A DNA stretch of 64,000 bases, from contig NC_069006.1 in assembly GCF_001194135.2 (NCBI RefSeq), forward strand, positions 4,251,368 through 4,315,367, read 5' to 3'. The translations under genes and the position numbers were made by a program. This document shows, one piece after another, positions 45,201 through 56,380 of the stretch. The notes beneath the pieces were generated by a model. The model worked only from the letters and a program-made list of their open reading frames with translations, did not search any database and had not been told where the DNA came from. Source of the stretch: Octopus bimaculoides (lineage: Eukaryota). Numbering within the stretch: position 1 is the first letter of the stretch; each line of letters starts with the position of its first letter.

Positions 45201-48200
45201 TGAGGGAGAAAGATGGCAATTTTGAGAAGGACCGTGAGAGCAATGTGTGGAGTGAAGCTGTTTGATAAGAGGCAGACTGAGGACTTGATGGGGATGCTGG
45301 GGGCTGGAGGAATCGGTGGAATGGTTGGCAAGGGTGAATGGAGTGTGGTGGTATGGGCATGTGTTGAGGAGGGATGAGTGGCATGTTCTGAGGAGGGTGC
45401 CTGAGTTTGAGGTGAATGGACAGCGAAAGCGAGGTAGGCCGAGGAAAATGTGGAGTGGACAGGTGGAGGAAGAGATTGGGAGGGTTGGGTTGAGGGAGGA
45501 CGGCCAAAACTGGGCAACATGGTGAGATGGTGTGAGGGCGGTTGCTATGGCATTGAGGTAGATCTGGCCACCCCACTTGACGGGGACAAAACCCAGATTT
45601 GAAACACTGGATGATGATGAAGCATTGTGATACAGCTGAATGTCCTTCAGAACACTAACCCTGGCTTGTTTTGCAAAGTAAAGGATTTCTTATTCTATAC
45701 AACTCTTAAACCATGAAATAACCAATTTGTTTGCTAGACAAATTGATGACAACAATGTTTGCCACACTTTGCAAGTGGCCACAGATATAAACGAGCACAC
45801 ACATGCATGCGCATATTTACACGCACACACAGATGCATATATATGCACACACATGCATACATGTATAAATACATGCAGACAGAAACAGACATATATACAT
45901 ACACACACACAGACGCATATACAGTAATCCCTCGACATTTCGCGGTTCACCTATCGCAGTTTATTATTTAAGCTTATGTCGATTCCATCGTGGTATTGTT
46001 TTGCATTTATAATAAAATAAATATATACAAATTATGTAAATAATAAAAAAATATATATATACAGTAGGAGTGGCTGTGTGGTAAGTAGCTTGCTTACCAA
46101 CCACATGGTTCCGGGTTCAGTCCCACTGCGTGGCACCTTGGGCAAGTGTCTTCTTCTATAGCCTCAGGCCGACCAAAGCCTTGTGAGTGGATTTGGTAAA
46201 AGGAAACTGAAAGAAGCTCGTCGTATATATGTATATATATATATATGTATGTGTGTGTATATGTTTGTGTGTCTGTGTTTGTCTCCCCAACATCGCTTGA
46301 CAACCGATGCTGGTGTGTTTACGTCCCCGTAACTTAGCGGTTCAGCAAAAGAGACTGATAGAATAAGTACCAGGCTTACAAAGAATAAGTCCTGGGGTCG
46401 ATTTGCTCGACTAAAGGCAGTGCTCCAGCATGGCCACAAATGACTGAAACAAGTAAAGAGTACAGTACAGTATTGTTTCTACTTCGTGAATTTTCACCTA
46501 TTGCAGTGATTTTTAGAACATAACACCCGCAACAGTCAGGGTATTACTGTACATGCATGCACATACACACACACACACATACCTGATGGGCATTTTTTCA
46601 GTTTCCATCGACCAAATTCACTCCCAAGATTTCAGCCAACCCAAAACAATAGCAAAAGTCGGATGCCCAAGGTGTCGTACCATTGGACTGGACCAAGTGA
46701 CAAAACATTTGGGCATCAGGAAAGGCATCCGGCCATACAACACTGCCTTCAAAGACACACCCAACCCATGCCCTCATAGAAAAAAACACAACAGTACTCA
46801 TTACATCCTTACCTTTTCCCTCTCTACCAGCCGTCTCCNNNNNNNNNNNNNNNNNNNNNNNNNNNNNNNNNNNNNNNNNNNNNNNNNNNNNNNNNNNNNN
46901 NNNNNNNNNNNNNNNNNNNNNNNNNNNNNNNNNNNNNNNNNNNNNNNNNNNNNNNNNNNNNNNNNNNNNNNNNNNNNNNNNNNNNNNNNNNNNNNNNNNN
47001 NNNNNNNNNNNNNNNNNNNNNNNNNNNNNNNNNNNNNNNNNNNNNNNNNNNNNNNNNNNNNNNNNNNNNNNNNNNNNNNNNNNNNNNNNNNNNNNNNNNN
47101 NNNNNNNNNNNNNNNNNNNNNNNNNNNNNNNNNNNNNNNNNNNNNNNNNNNNNNNNNNTCACCCGGCATGTTAACGTTTCTGCCAGCTCGCTGCCTTTTA
47201 AAATATTTTCTTATTTCTTTACTGCCCACAAGTGGCTACACACAGAGGGGACAAACAAGGACAGACAAATGGATTAAGTCGATTATATTGATCCCCAGTA
47301 CGTAACTGGTATTTATTTAATCGACCCCCGAAAGGATGAAAGGCAAAGTCGACCTCGGCGGAATTTAAACTCAGAACGTAGCGGCAGACGAAATACCGTT
47401 AAGCATTTCACCCGGCATGTTAACGTTTCTGCCAGCTCGCTGCCTTTTAAAATATTTTCTGTATTGTAAAAGTATAAGCAGATAAATTTTAAGAACAAAA
47501 TCTTATATGGACCCCTAAGGGTCATATGAACCCCAATTAAGAACCACTGAAGTAGACAAAAGGAAGAGTAATACTCATAAAGGAAACAATATAAAAAAAA
47601 AAACAAGAAGCTAAAAGATGAAAAACAAGCAAAAAAAAAAGGTACAAGGATGAGTCAACCCTACCTAATCTTTTCAGTTTTTACCTACCTTCCCTTTCTC
47701 TATTCTCCAATCACTTGACCCCTGCCCCTTCTACACTTACAAAACTCCACCCATGCACACTCCCAATTCCTGTCTCAACTCACTTCTACTCACTCTGTAC
47801 TTTAAAGGATAGCTTGACAGGATCCAGCAAGCTTCAGTGCCATGTCAAGGTTCAGCTTTGGCATGGTTTCAACAGCTGGATACCATTCCTAATGCCAGCC
47901 ACTTTACAGAGTGTATTGGGTGCTTTGAAGGTGGAACTGGCACGAGTGGTGTTGCCATGCAACTTGCAACACAAAGACAAAGAACAGAGAAGGAAAAACA
48001 CTCCCCAAACTAAGGGAGTCGGGCATTGAGGACAGAATGGTGGCTTTGTGCCAGGAACCGAGAGGAAGCTGAAGTACGATAGAGGGACAACCACAGTCAG
48101 TTCTCTCCATACCATCAAATACATAAGGCCACAACAGGATCTATCCGTCCAGCCGTTTTCTGCTACTGTTCTGGTCTCATTCTAGCTTCTCCACCTTCAG

Positions 48201-51200
48201 CTCCTTCCCTCGTCAGTGGTCCTTCACCATGTAGTTTTAGGGTACCCTGCTGCTTTTTTCACCTCAGTCTCCTACTTCAGTGCCACCATACAATTGCTTT
48301 CTCGATTTTGTCTGAGGATATGTCCAATCCAGTTCAAGCGTTTGTGTCATGTTTTGTCACTGGTTCTGTTGATGGCCATTGCTGCCTCTTGTGACATTTC
48401 AGACTCTTTGCAGCCACTCGATGTCAAGTATTGCTCTTAAGTATGTGAATTGGAAGCCGTCCACTGTTTGTCACTTTCCAGTTTTCACATCTGTAGAGTA
48501 ATACTATAGAGACTTACATTATATAAAGGTCACAAGTAGTAGCTAGGAAGAAGATTAAGACAGTGGTGATGGCGGACCAGAACAAACTCTCCAAGCTACG
48601 AGAAACGGAGCACACGAGAGGATGTGGTCAGTGGATCAGAGGATGGGTAGTTTCAATTCTACCAATTCACCACTGTTAAGAACTGAAAGAGAGAGAAATG
48701 AAAAAGAAAAAAACCGTTTTGTCCTTACCTTGGCACATTGACGGAGAACATCAATTATCGTCTAGGAAAAGAAAGAGGAAAATTTGTTAAATACAGGGAT
48801 ATAAAAACATTTTAAAAAACCTTTGTTTTACATCAATTACACTGTGTAAAAAAAATTGTTTTGTGTGTCTTTGGTCAGTGAGTGTTATTTTCCATTTGCT
48901 TCTACCTAGAAATCAAATGATATGACTACTATTCTCTTCAAACTTCACTTTTGTAACCTGAACAACATTTTGAAACTGACCTATTTTTCCATTACATTTC
49001 AGCACTGATTTGCTGAAGCAGAAATATGGTTATAGCAAATATTTTGCTCAATACCACAGATCTGCTTGTCAGTTACTTGGCCTTAACCACTTGTCCCTTA
49101 CTGGCTGACAATATGTGCATCTCTGATGATGAGCAGGAGTAGTGGGGGAGCATCACAGCCATGTGTTGAGAGGAATTCTTTGTGATTTGAATAAATGTAA
49201 CAAAAGCAAATAGGAAATTGTGTGGAAGCTTTCTTATATGTGTACATATGTGTGTGCATGTGTAGTTAAGAAGCTTGCTTTGTGGTCATGTGGTTTCAGC
49301 TTCAGTCCCACTGCACAGCACTTTGGGCAAGTGTCTTCTGTTATAGCCCTGAATCAAATGTTTTGTGAGTGAATTTGATAGATGGAAACTGTGTGTGCTT
49401 TACAGCCACATGTTTTCAGGTTCAGTCCTATAGCAAGGCACCATGAGCAAGTGCCTTCTCCTAAAGCCTCAGGGTTGGTCAATATCCTTGTGAGTGAATT
49501 TGGTAGGCAGAAACTGTGAGGAATCCTGTCATGTGTGGGAGTGTTTGTATTTGCTGCACACCAAACCCACCATTTAATAAACAGTATTGATCTGTTAATT
49601 CCCCATACCTTGGGAGTTTTTGTCAAAGAAACTAATAGAATAAGCACAAGACTATTAAAAAAATAAGGACTTGGGTCAAATAGTTTGACCCTTCAAAGTG
49701 GTGCCCCAGCATGGTCACAGTCCAATGACTGAAACCAGTAAAAGATAAACAGAAGTGAATGTAGAAAGCCACTTACCCTCGGTGATAAAACTGGTGTGAG
49801 TTGTTGAACAGCTAGATTGCAATATTTATACGCCTGTCACAAGGAGAGAAAACAGAATCAATAGACAGAAAGAAGCCATGAAAGTCAGGGAATGAGACCC
49901 ACACAATCTCCATTCCATTTCCTCACGCACGTCACAATCTTATCTCCTCACAAGGAAGATCCACACTAAGGGAAGTAAGAGGACAGCAACAGCAGCACCT
50001 GGTTCGCCTCAGTTGGGTTGGTGAAGATATTTGTTTAGGGCACTGGTTCTCCACCAGTTTTTTTTTTACCAATAGACCCTTCTGCTAACTACTTTAGCCT
50101 GGTGGATCCCCATAACCACTCATTCAGTATTTTAAATCCAGGTTTTGTCCGTTAATGGGTGTGGCTGGATCTGCCTCAATGCCACAGCAACCGCCCTCAC
50201 ACCATCTCGTTCGGTTCTGGGAGTCTTCCTTTCTCAAACCAACCCTCCCAATCTTCTCCTCCACCTTTTCCTCGGTCTACCTTGCTTTCGCGCTCCATTT
50301 ACATCAAACGCAATCACCCTCCTCAGAACATGCTCCTCGTCCCTCCTCATCCCATGCCACCCTATTTTGTTTTTCAGACAAGACGACAAAGGACCGATAT
50401 ACCTTGGCACTTCGCTGAACTCAAGAAAACCTGTCCTCCACAGCAAAAGTGTTACAGCTGCATCCCCTGGTGAAGGGGATTTGGCCTGTAACAGCCCTGT
50501 GCTGGCGCTATGTAAAAGGAACTCCTGCCAGCACTGTGTGAAAGTGCTCACGCTGGTGCCACATTAAAAGCACCCAGCACACACTACAAAGTGGTTGGCA
50601 TTAGGAAGGGCATCCAAGCCAAATCAGACTGGAGTCTAGGGCAGCTCTCTAGCTTGCCAGCTCTGGTCAAACTCTCCAACCCATGCCAGCTTGGAAAATG
50701 GATGTTAAAGGATGATGATGATAATGACATTAATTTGTGTAGGTTGAACTGTGCAAAATATTAGAGAAGGAAATTTACAATAGATCCATCTAAGGCAAAA
50801 TTTTTTTATGAGCCCTTAATAAATTATTGTAGAATCCCAATTTACTATTTTACTTGAGTGGACCTTGAAAATTTTGTATCGACCCCAGTTGAGAACTGCT
50901 GATTTCGGGTATATGGGGAGATAGAAGTGAAAAGTGAGGAAAGGATAAAAGGGAGAGAGAGAGAGAATTGAAACCTGAGGGGCAGTGTTAAAGGGTGGAG
51001 TGATAAAGAAGGTGAGATAAGAGGAGGAGAGAAAGAAATAGAGAGGGGAGTGAGGAGAGGCGTGAGTTGTGTGACTAGATGTGTGTGGTGTCACAAGAAG
51101 TGTGTGTGTGTGTGTGTGTGGTGTCACAAGAAGTGTGTGCATGTCTGTGTGAGAGAGAGAGAGAGAGAAGTGTCCAGCTGAGTGCAACAGGGCGAAAGGA

Positions 51201-54200
51201 AGTATTTTTGTCTTAGATAGAGAGAAAGGGAGAGAAAGAGTCACTCAAATGAGAGGGAGGGAAAGAGTGGCTGGAGTGAGAGAGGAAGAAACATGAGAGG
51301 GAGGAAGAAACAGGCATGATGAGAGGAGGAAAGACAACAGATGAGAAAAGTGATAGAAGTGATTGGGATTATCATTCATGAACATGAGGAGTAGTGAGAG
51401 AGTAAATAGTAAGGAAGAGAGAGAGAGAAGGCAATGAAAACCCCCACTAAAATTTGACAAAGTCCTGTTTTGAGTTATTTCCCCCTTAACATGCTTACCT
51501 GATCATACTGACTTTCTGCAAAAAATAAACCACAACATTCACCATACAACATGGCCTTATTCACGGATATATTGGCCTGGTTCAATATATTCAATATCTT
51601 AAATGTCTCTTTGAAGGTTTCATTGGCTTCTCTATATTTACAACTGGAATTCTGTACATGAAGTAATCTGGTAGAAACAAAGAAATAAAGAGAAAGAATA
51701 ATAACAATAATGTACATTGTTTTGTCTTGGTATAAAAGATGGGCTACAGCAAATATTCTGCTCAATACCACAGATTTGCTTGTCAGTTGTTTGACTTTAA
51801 CCAGTTGAGCATGTCCCTTGGTGGCTGACGATATGTGCATCTCTGATCACGAGCAGGAGTAGTGGGGGAGCATTTGGAAGGACATTCAGCCGTACAAACC
51901 ATGTGAAAGCAGACCTTGCAAGTGCTAGTGCAACATAAAAAGGATCCAGTCCACTCTGTAAAATGACTGGCATTAGGAAGGGCATCCAGCCATAAAATCC
52001 ATGCCAAAGCAGACTTCACCAATGCTAGTGCCACATAAAAAGTACCCACTCAGACTCTGTTAAGTGGTTGGCATTAGGGAGAGCATCCAGCTGTAGAAAC
52101 CATACCAAAACATACAGAGGAACTTGGCACAGTCCCCAAGCTTACTTTTATATCCTTCACCCTTTCGTTAGCAACCCGGCTGAAGCCAGCTCTGGCTCTG
52201 AGTACAAATGTCTTGTTTTCTTAAGTTTTGAATTAAAATCTTCCACCAAACCTAAGTCATAGTTTATGTTCCTAATATTAGCTTAATAATAACGAAGTTA
52301 TTTTACTAAATTCTTTGTTATATTTAAAGTAATTGAAAGAAACACAAAGCATCTCAAAATAAATACAGTAATGAAAGGGTTAAGTCTGGATATATGCTTT
52401 AACAAAGCAGAGGTAAAGTAATGTCTTCACACAACATATTTCTACCACTGCTGCACAAGACCCCAAAACACCCTCTGTCATCATCAATGATAAACATTAT
52501 TCTTCATAAGAGTTCCGATAAGTCCATTTTTTAAGCACACAGGTATGTTAATGTCTATCAACACAATACTTACCAACTCCTGTCAAACCATACCAGCATG
52601 GAAGACAGACGTTAAATGATGATGATGGATATCAGCTGGCCTTCCTGATTTTAGCAAGAATTAGAAGAGCTCTTTTAATGGCAGTTCTTACCTGACATTA
52701 CACTCTAACAATTTACATAGTCCACTGTAGGTTTTGTCTTGGTCACAAAGTAGCCGACATGTGTGGTAAACTCTCTCACTGCTGAAGAACCAACCAGATT
52801 CATTGAAGAAACTCGCTGAAATTAAGAGACAAATAAATTATTTGGAAATTTTAATTAAGCATTCAATATAGTTATTTCTATAGAGAGAAAGAAAGGGAAA
52901 AGAGGGGGGATCAGGAGGGAGTGGGAAGAGATGGAGGGATGAGAGATGGGAGAGGGAGAGACAGGGAAGGGAGAGATGGGGACGGTGGGAGATAAGGAAA
53001 GAAGAAGGGAGTGACGGGGGAGGAAAAGACAAAGTGAGGAGGAGGGAGTTCTGTAACAATGGACTGTAAAAGACAGAATCAGAACAATTTGTTTTTTTCG
53101 TAAGAAACTCCATTGTCTCACCGAGTGCAGTGCCAAGTTGGATGGCTTTGTTCCTCTCGTTCTCATTCAGATGGCCTGAAAGTTGGTAGCGTTTACAAAA
53201 CTCATTGGCAAGGATCTCGTTCACCTGGGCCCCGTGGTCAATAAGTGCTTGAAAACAATGGTGCAGCAGACACCTATTCACGAGAAAATAAAACAAAATA
53301 TATAATCATCATCATAACAATTGCCACAGCCATCATCGTCATCATCATCACCACTACCACAACTACCATCATCATCATCATCATCATTATCATCTCAGTC
53401 CTTCTGTCCATATTGTCAAGTCTGCCTCTTGCATTTCTTCTGACTATTTCCCTATCTTAACCCGTTGGCATTGAAACTGGCCACATCCATTATTTTACTT
53501 GTTTTATGTTCAAACCGGCCAGATCTGGCCTCTCACACCTACCCTACAATGCCATTCTAAAAATAGACAAAAATGTCCTCAAAATCTCAAAAGCTACAAG
53601 TTAATGCATGATTAATTCAAAACCATGTGAATAAATAAGTAATCTGAATGCACTTCCAATTCGATCTGCAATCGCCCGTAGTACAACTAACCCATCATTT
53701 ATTTTCTGAGATCACCTCAAAGCAGTTGCTCAATCTGGCAGAAACATAAACCAAATCTCCCTTGAATCATACCCTTTCTGTTCTGACCTCTATTCTTTTT
53801 GACTTCACAGTACACTGGAGATCAATCCTCCTCATCATCATCATTTAACGTCTGCCTTCCATGCTGGCATGGGTTGGACAGTTTGACAGGAGCCAGACAA
53901 GTAGAAGACTACCCCAGGCTACTGTATCTGTTTTGGCAGGGTTTTTACAGCTGGAAGCCCTTCCTAACACCAACCACTCTGTAGAGTGGACTGAGTGCTT
54001 TTCACATGGTACCAGCACATGTGAGGTCAGTTTTGGCATAGTTTTTACAGCTAGATGCCCTTCCAGATGCCAACCACTTCACAATGTGGACTGGATGCTT
54101 TACAAAGCAAAATTACTGACACATTTCACATGGAAAAAAGAATACAGCAAGAGTTGCCTGGAAACTAATTGTAGCAGTGAGACTCAAAAGAAAGCAAAGA

Positions 54201-54316
54201 AACTTTATCAGTTGGAAGAAGCAGTGAAAGAAATGATTTGGCTCGGCTGACTGGACATTCAGCCTGGTTTGGCAACAGTACTTTTCGGTGCTTGAGGCAG
54301 GCAGGCAGGCAGGCAG

Positions 54317-54387
<71 letters not shown>

Positions 54388-56200
54388 ACAGACCTCTTTC
54401 AGTTTCCATCTACCAAATCTTTTCACAAGGCTTCGGTTGGCCCAAGGATGTAGCAGAAGACACTTGTCCAAGTTGCCACGCAGTGGGACTGAACCCAGAA
54501 CCACGTGGTTAGGAAGCAAGCTTCTTACTACACAGCTACACCTATGCCTGTGTGTGTGTGTGTGTGCCTTTCTCTGTGTTCCCCGCCACCACTTGACAAC
54601 CCATGCTGGTGTGCTTATGCCCCTGTAACATAGCAGTTCGGCAGAGGAGATCAAGCAAGCTTAAAAAAAGAAAAAGTACTGGGGTTGAGTCGTTTGACTA
54701 AAAATCCTCGAAGACGGTGCCCCAGCATGGCCACAGTCCAATGACTGAAACAAGTAAATGGTAAAAAGATAAAAGATAATTCACAAAATAATAATTGTGA
54801 ATAAATAAGCATTACATTTAATAGAGTCATCTGAATGCTAAGCAGTTGATATTATGTTGTGTTTCAGCATTGATTAACCCCTGTGATACGAAAGCATCTG
54901 AGACTCCACTTGGTTCTACAATGCAAACGTTCCTGTTTTAAAGTGATCTCAATTAAAACTTCCCATTGAAAAGTCATGTTAATTTATGTCCCGAACACCA
55001 GCTTAATAACGACCGAGTTATTTTTATAAACTCTTCATCATTTTCAAAATTAACTGAAACAAAAGCAGTGTGTTTCAACAGAAATATAGTAACAAAACAG
55101 TTCATTAATTATTATTTAATTAATTATTATTATCTGTGCTGAAGGTTAAATAAATAGAAATAGAATTGAAGATCCAGTGAGATGAGGAAAATAAAGCTAT
55201 TTTTATGTGTCAAGCCAATGTTTTTAAAACAATACACTAAAAGATACTATCTCCAATAAATTTACTTTTTCCTGACCCATGTATCATCTATGTATCATAA
55301 TTACATTAATTATGATACATAGATGGCTATTTCAATCGAATATTGCTTCTGTTTTATGTAACAGCTTTTTGCAATAAAAGATATTTATTATTAGCCTACA
55401 GAGCTAACTAAAGTAACAATTATTATTTTTATTATATTACAGACACCAAATTTTTTTCAAATATTAATCATGTTTGTTTGAGATAGCAAGCATCATCAAT
55501 AGATGCTGGTGTGGCTGTGTGGTTAAGAAGCTTGCTTCCCAACCCTTCGGTGTTGGGTTCAATCCCACTGCACAGCACTTTGGGTAAGGATCTTCTACTT
55601 ATAGAAGCCCCAGACTGACAAGTGCCTTGTGAGTGGATTTGGTAAACAGGAAACAGAAAGAAGGCCATCGTGTGTGTGTGTGTGTCCATGTGTCCCCCCG
55701 TGTGTGTGTCAATCCGTCCTCGTCTAGACATCACATGATGATTGTAAATGAACATCACTGTCATGCAAGCGAGGTTGTTTGTTTCCAGTCTTCTATGAGA
55801 AAAATAAGCCTGGCCATGGGGAATTATTACCTTACTTGGAAATAGATGGGGGTTGGCGACAGGAAGAGCATCCCCCTCTAGAAGTTCTGCCTCAGTATTC
55901 CCTGCCTGACCCATGTAGGCAGGAAAAAGCAGACATCAAACAATAACAATAACCTCGTGTCTCTGATGACAATGATCAGAAACAAGGGAGAAAAGGAAGA
56001 TTGTAAAACACCACCAAAGCAACAAAGGGTAACATGAAAGAATAAGGTCAAGAGGTGGGGTAAGGTAATAATAGACAGGTAAAAGAATGAAGACGTAAGT
56101 CAGACACTTACCTTTTGTCAAGGACTTTTAATATTTTAGCAAAATTATCAATTTCTGCCAAATCCGTTCCGAGCGTATATAAATTTCCTTTCATATAAAG
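33034..56200 (-). CDS. APPBP2: Amyloid protein-binding protein 2 (TPR protein, CRL2 substrate receptor), multi-exon, 5'-partial
   Basis: Minus-strand exons 56112-56200, 53122-53273, 52692-52815, 51499-51667, 49777-49833, 48729-48761, 42995-43100, 40874-40998, 39148-39233, 34580-34745 and 33034-33260 all have GT-AG boundaries. Peptides LLHHCFQALIDHG, HPKYADTLQDYGFYLLNVD, HEDLAYASYVHEYSSG, DYEVALSVGHLASLYNYDM and YSGLEYDY match APPBP2. Two internal exons and exon 1 were not found. Confidence 0.95.
34580..34745 (-). CDS. APPBP2: APPBP2 coding exon (LAETHHLKAIEIKERLLGPDDYEVALSVGHLASLYNYDMK...RSIEI)
   Basis: ttttag acceptor, gtaagc donor, 166 nt, phase 0/1. Confidence 0.96.
34805..34876. repeat. 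36-bp tandem duplication
   Basis: TGCCAAC.G.ACACCTGATGGCCC.TAGCTATTTTT starting at 34805 and 34841. Confidence 0.85.
34982..35275. mobile_element. MITE/foldback element with ~71-bp terminal inverted repeats
   Basis: 34982-35052 (ATCGTAAAATATATTCGCC...TTTTTAGCCCC) is the reverse complement of 35205-35275 with about 7 mismatches. Confidence 0.8.
36040..36500 (+). repeat. RTE 3'-UTR tail copy with four ~66-bp tandem units
   Basis: Same sequence as 22480-22949. Further tails at ~7005, 13150, 15960, 16148, 19800, 26200, 33460, 41270, 42260, 43745, 50540, 53830, 56760, 63735. Confidence 0.85.
37811..38025. mobile_element. Tc1/mariner-type MITE
   Basis: TA|CAGGGTGTCCTTAAATT ... AATTTATGGACATCCTG|TA. 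Confidence 0.75.
38570..39047 (+). mobile_element. SINE family A copy nested in a family B SINE head
   Basis: Same head and tail; interrupted by gap 38666-38832; preceded by the family B head at ~38468-38569. Confidence 0.82.
39148..39233 (-). CDS. APPBP2: APPBP2 coding exon (RHAEKAIEILLKILPSDHLLLSSSKRVK)
   Basis: ttgtag acceptor, gtgagt donor, 86 nt, phase 2/1. Confidence 0.95.
40874..40998 (-). CDS. APPBP2: APPBP2 coding exon (MALDIRLSVFGGNNFHVAVAHEDLAYASYVHEYSSGNFKDA)
   Basis: caccag acceptor, gtgagt donor, 125 nt, phase 0/2. Confidence 0.95.
42995..43100 (-). CDS. APPBP2: APPBP2 coding exon (EHFGQRHPKYADTLQDYGFYLLNVDSVAASVKVYQ)
   Basis: ttcccag acceptor, gtaatg donor, 106 nt, phase 2/0. 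Confidence 0.95.
44301..45620 (+). mobile_element. RTE-clade LINE fragment (RT domain to 3' end)
   Basis: QFGFMPGRGTID, FVDLEKAF, GVHQGSVLSLLLF, ADDLV, WYGHVLRR, RKRGRPRK; frameshifts and stops; GATGATGA tail. Confidence 0.9.
45922..46549. mobile_element. pogo/Tigger-like MITE interrupted by a family C SINE
   Basis: TA|CAGTAATCCCTCG ... CAGGGTATTACTG|TA termini. Confidence 0.65.
46064..46460 (+). mobile_element. tRNA-derived SINE family C with internal (TA)/(TG) microsatellite (best copy)
   Basis: GTAGGAGTGGCTGTGTGG...GGTTCAGTCCC...CACCTTGGGCAAGTGTC (CORE-like)...GCATGGCCACA..TGACTGAAACAAGTAAA; other copies at ~2405, 5255, 6660, 8115, 15560, 31020, 40300, 49250, 54386, 55505, 59860, 60380, 62900. 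Confidence 0.85.
47215..47445 (-). mobile_element. SINE family B copy
   Basis: Near-identical to 56381-56610. Confidence 0.82.
48729..48761 (-). CDS. APPBP2: APPBP2 33-nt coding exon (TIIDVLRQCAK)
   Basis: ttttcctag acceptor, gtaagg donor; matches VVVDVLRQASK of human APPBP2. Confidence 0.88.
49777..49833 (-). CDS. APPBP2: APPBP2 coding exon (AYKYCNLAVQQLTPVLSPR)
   Basis: gacag acceptor, gtaagt donor, 57 nt, phase 0/0. Confidence 0.88.
50041..50901. mobile_element. hAT-type MITE interrupted by RTE fragments
   Basis: Termini CACTGGTTCTC...GAGAACTGCTG; degenerate 8-bp flanks GTTTAGGG/ATTTCGGG; body similar to 58055-58395. Confidence 0.65.
51499..51667 (-). CDS. APPBP2: APPBP2 coding exon (LLHVQNSSCKY...LYGECCGLFFAESQYDQ)
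   Basis: accag acceptor, gtaagc donor, 169 nt, phase 2/0. Confidence 0.94.
52160..52379. mobile_element. piggyBac-like (TTAA) MITE
   Basis: ttca|CCCTTTCGTTAG ... GTAATGAAAGGG|TTAA; related pieces at ~6880, 10717, 26800, 37130, 53458, 54875, 58580. Confidence 0.6.
52692..52815 (-). CDS. APPBP2: APPBP2 coding exon (ASFFNESGWFFSSERVY...LLECNVR)
   Basis: atttcag acceptor, gtaaga donor, 124 nt, phase 1/2. Confidence 0.92.
53122..53273 (-). CDS. APPBP2: APPBP2 coding exon (CLLHHCFQALIDHGAQV...KAIQLGTAL)
   Basis: aatag acceptor, gtgaga donor, 152 nt, phase 2/1. Confidence 0.94.
54318..54385. repeat. (CA)n microsatellite preceded by (GGCA)n
   Basis: Direct reading. Confidence 0.95.
56112..56200 (-). 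CDS. APPBP2: APPBP2 coding exon (LYMKGNLYTLGTDLAEIDNFAKILKVLDKR)
   Basis: ctcacag acceptor, gtaagt donor, 89 nt, phase 0/2. Confidence 0.9.
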
Positions 56201-56380
56201 CTGTGAGAAAAAAGGAAAAAAAATAAAGAATACTGATGAATTTTAACAAGGTCCTACATATTTTGGGGTAGATTTAAGGCTGACTGAATTGGTTATTGGC
56301 TCAGGATCAAGCACATAGGACAAATGTAAATACTAAAAGGTATATCATTCCTTCTAACACTACTTTTACCATTCTTATTT

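Noticed and set aside
46806-46838. Strong donor-like AAG|gtaagg on the minus strand next to the gap, a candidate end of the missing APPBP2 exon
   Set aside because: The required phase-2 frame contains TAG, and the open frame (RRLVEREK) does not resemble the expected HAVYLAR
52838-53296. 152-aa minus ORF taken as a single coding region
   Set aside because: Only 53122-53273 is an APPBP2 exon; the remainder is read-through into a pyrimidine-rich intron
54113-54654. ORFs with (CV)n, (HT)n or (YI)n runs
   Set aside because: Translations of dinucleotide microsatellites and SINE bodies
55960-55985. Other CTGATGA occurrences (e.g. 4884, 23244, 27053, 55967, 57745)
   Set aside because: No helix II followed by GAAA, so not hammerhead-like
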